A stretch of 64,000 nt of DNA from Octopus sinensis. Its lineage: Eukaryota. The notes below the pieces were generated by a model. The model saw only the letters and a program-made list of their open reading frames with translations, did not search any database and was not told the DNA's origin. This document shows, piece after piece, positions 61,067 through 64,000 of the stretch. The DNA is taken from positions 25,296,001 to 25,360,000 of the forward strand of contig NC_043010.1 in the NCBI RefSeq assembly GCF_006345805.1, written 5' to 3'. The position numbers and the translations under genes are program-made. Every line of letters starts with the position of its first letter. Position 1 is the first letter of the stretch.

Positions 61067-64000
61067 TCAAATATAAATAGTTTTGGAAAGTTTTTTCAGC
61101 CAGTGAACAGTTCTGCCTGACCTCGTAACATAAGGTCTGTTCGAGGCAGGCTGCGACGACGAAGGTGGTGTTGTCGATGTTGGTGTTGATAATGGTGCAT
61201 GTGTAAATAGTGGTGTTGTCAAAGGTTCTTGTGAAGGTTCAACGATGGTTGTGGCAGTGGGGTCATTAAAAGATGTGGACACCTCAAAATATGCCCTTTT
61301 AAGACGATCTACAGAGACGGTCTCCGAACGACTGTTAATTTCAAGTTTGAATACCTTCGGCGTGCGAGAAATCACACGAAAAGGTCCTTTATAAGGAGAA
61401 ACAAGAGGTCCTTTGACAGAATCATCACGAATAAAAACATGCGTCCAAGAATTAAGGTCTGATGGCACACTAGAAGGAGGATTTTGGTGTCGAGGGTCCA
61501 TAGGAGGAAGGGCAGAAAAATATCTGCGTAATCGAGCAACATAAGACTCTAAATTAAGAGACTGTGACTTGTCTGGCACCAACATCGTACCAGGCAATGC
61601 CAGTGTGGTACCATACAAGAGCTCGGCAGATGAAAAACCAAGGTCTGCTTTAATCGCAGTCCGACATCCAAGCAGGACGATCGGTAGAAATTCAGTCCAT
61701 GTCTGTGGATTCGGCGAGGCACGCAAAGCGGCCTTAAGTTGCCTATGGAAACGCTCCACCATCCCATTAGAAGCGGGGTGGTAACTTGTGGTGCGTATAT
61801 GATGCATCCCCAGGATTCGTGATAACTCACGAAACAATGCAGACTCGAATTGTCGACCACGATCTGTGGTTAAACTGTACGGTACACCATACCTCGAAAT
61901 CCAATTAGATACGAAAGCCCTCGCAACAGTTTCAGCTGAAATGTCTGCTATAGGAATAGCTTCCGGCCAGCGTGAAAAACGATCAATACAAGTTAGAATG
62001 TATGAGAACCCGCGACTCACAGGCCATGGTCCAACCAAATCAAGGTGGATATGGCAAAAACAGGCTTCAGGAGAGGAAAATTGTCCAAGTGGAGCACGAA
62101 CGTGTCTATGGACTTTAGCACTCTGGCACCTCAAACAAGAGCGTGCCCAAGAGGTAATTGATCGTCGCATATTGGGCCAGAAGAACCGAGCAGTAACAAG
62201 CTTTACTGTGGCAGAGATACCTGGATGTGACAGTGAATGAAGAGCATCAAACACGGAACGTTGATGTTTCTCAGGTACTAATGGTCTAGGTGAACCGGTA
62301 GAAACGTCACAAAGAATAGAGCCTTCCGCTGTAGGGAGCGGAAGGTAGTCAAACTTACAGTTAATAAACTTAGGCGAAGTTAAATCCAACTCCTCTAAAG
62401 GTGGTTGATCCTGCGAAATAGCAGTTAAATCAATTGCTGCAGGAGAGGAAATGGAATTGACAGGGAGTCTAGAGAGAGCATCTGCAGGGACGTTCTCACT
62501 GCCTGGCACATGCCTAATGTCACTTGTAAATTGAGAAATATAGTCCAGGTGACGGAAAGCACGAGGAGAGAGTTTATCCATTTTAGAAGATAAAGCAAAA
62601 GTAAGGGGCTTGTGATCAGTATAAATCACAAACTCTCGTCCCTCGAGCTGGTGTTGAAAATGCCGAACTGACAGATAGATCGCTAGTAACTCTCGATCAA
62701 AGGTACTATATCTGCGTTCAGCTGGCTTTAGCTGACAAGAAAAGAAAGCTAAAGGTTTAACTTCACCCTCTACGGTGTGCTGCAAAACAGCGCCAATTGC
62801 AGACTCTGATGCGTCCACAGATAAAGTAAGTGGAGCATTAGGAGCCGGATGTGCCAAAATAGGGACTGAAGCTAGTTCCTTTTTAACCAACTCAAAGGCA
62901 GACAGTGCTTCAGCCGAAAGAGTCAGACGGGCGTCCTTCTTGGAATTGCCCTTTAGCATTTGTGTTAAAGGTAACAACTTGTCCGCACACCGATCTATGA
63001 AACGTCTATAGAAATTTACTATGCCTAAAAAATGGCGAAGTTGACGCAAAGAAGAAGGTGGTGCGATGCGCTGAATAGCATCGACTTTGGATGTGAGTGG
63101 TTTGATTCCTCTCGAGTCAATATAATGACCGAGAAAATTAAGAGATGGTTGCCCAAAAACACACTTGTCTGGATTAATGCGAACACCATAGTCGCGAAGA
63201 CGCTGAAAAAGCTGAGACAAGTGCAGGAGATGATTTTCATGCGTATCACTTGCGATTAGAATGTCATCGACATACGCGAACACAAAATCCAGTCCGCGAA
63301 CAACTTCATCTATAAACCGTTGGAAAGTACTAGTGGCATTCCTCAAACCAAAACTCATAAATAAAAATTCGAAACAGCCAAAAGGAGTAGTAATTGCTGT
63401 TTTAGGAATATCGTCTGAGTTGACCGGTATTTGATGGTAGGCACGTATCAGGTCAACCTTAGAAAAAATAGTACATCCATGTAAATTTGCCGAAAAATCG
63501 TTTAAAATCCTTATGGAATATTTGTCTGGAATCGTCACCGAATTTAGACGCCGATAATCTCCCACCGGGCGAAAATCTGTATCCCCTTTTCTTACTAAAT
63601 GAAGGGAGATGCCCATGGACTGGTGGAGGGGCGTATCAGACCGAGCTGGAGCATGTGCTCAAACTCAGCCCTAGCAGTTTTAAGTCGATCAGGTGCAAGA
63701 CGCCTTGGACGTGAAAAAACAGGAGGTCCAGTTGTTGTTATAAAGTGTCGTGTCGAATGCAATGGCTTAGCCACCCTAAAGGTAACATCATATAGCTCTG
63801 GAAAAGAAGCTAAAAGAGAGTGAAAAACATCTCCAGATGTACCGACAAAAAATGTCGGGCTAAGAGCTAAATTGGTAGATTCTCCGGTCGGCGTGGAGAG
63901 TGTAGTCGAACTATCGACCAACCTCCGACGTCTGACATCTACCAACAAATCAAATTTATCCAGAAAATCCGCACCTAAAATAGGATGCGGAATGTCGGCA
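61067..64000 (-). CDS. Gypsy pol polyprotein with one apparent 1-nt deletion at 63604-63606
   Basis: SPWASP|FI* versus the expected WASPLHLVRK; the 849-aa remainder is stop-free. Confidence 0.85.

Larger units (their letters stand above)
60488..64000 (-). mobile_element. Ty3/Gypsy LTR retrotransposon, 5' part outside the window
   Basis: Protease end (ILGADFL), RT (YVDD), RNase H, integrase HHCC + D,D,E (LDLVGP / TDRGRQF / GMVERF) in Gypsy order. Confidence 0.95.

Noticed and set aside
61549-63823. Short ORFs overlapping Gypsy pol on both strands
   Set aside because: Shadow frames of pol.

Overview
AT-rich eukaryotic (animal) genomic DNA; the repeat types and gene content suggest a cephalopod such as Octopus, which is inference rather than proof. 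Two spliced genes converge tail-to-tail. (1) FANK1 (fibronectin III + ankyrin repeats) on +, 5'-partial: exons 1695-1822, 6010-6091, 6784-6858, 15646-15711, 16607-16821, 21120-21292, 24944-24988 and a probable last exon 29987-30049. (2) UVSSA on -, 5'-partial: exons 60231-60052, 58253-58196, 52297-52175, 50662-50563, 49239-49038, 45865-45769. All junctions are GT-AG and phase-compatible. Introns and the intergenic region are packed with TEs: a full-length IR/DR Tc1, a decayed mariner, a Penelope element, a full-length R4/Dong-like element in a (TAA)n tract, a near-intact Gypsy with its 3' LTR, RTE 3' ends, Helitron pieces, hAT and piggyBac MITEs and tRNA-SINEs. The best second-look signals are: a well-formed type I hammerhead ribozyme in the Penelope 3' region plus two degenerate hammerheads, one of them fused to a tRNA-SINE head; a three-level higher-order satellite grown inside an RTE 3' UTR; a fold-back minisatellite whose unit is an overlapping kB/STAT motif; and an isolated pre-miRNA-like hairpin. 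All coordinates and alignments were read by eye and no database searches were run.
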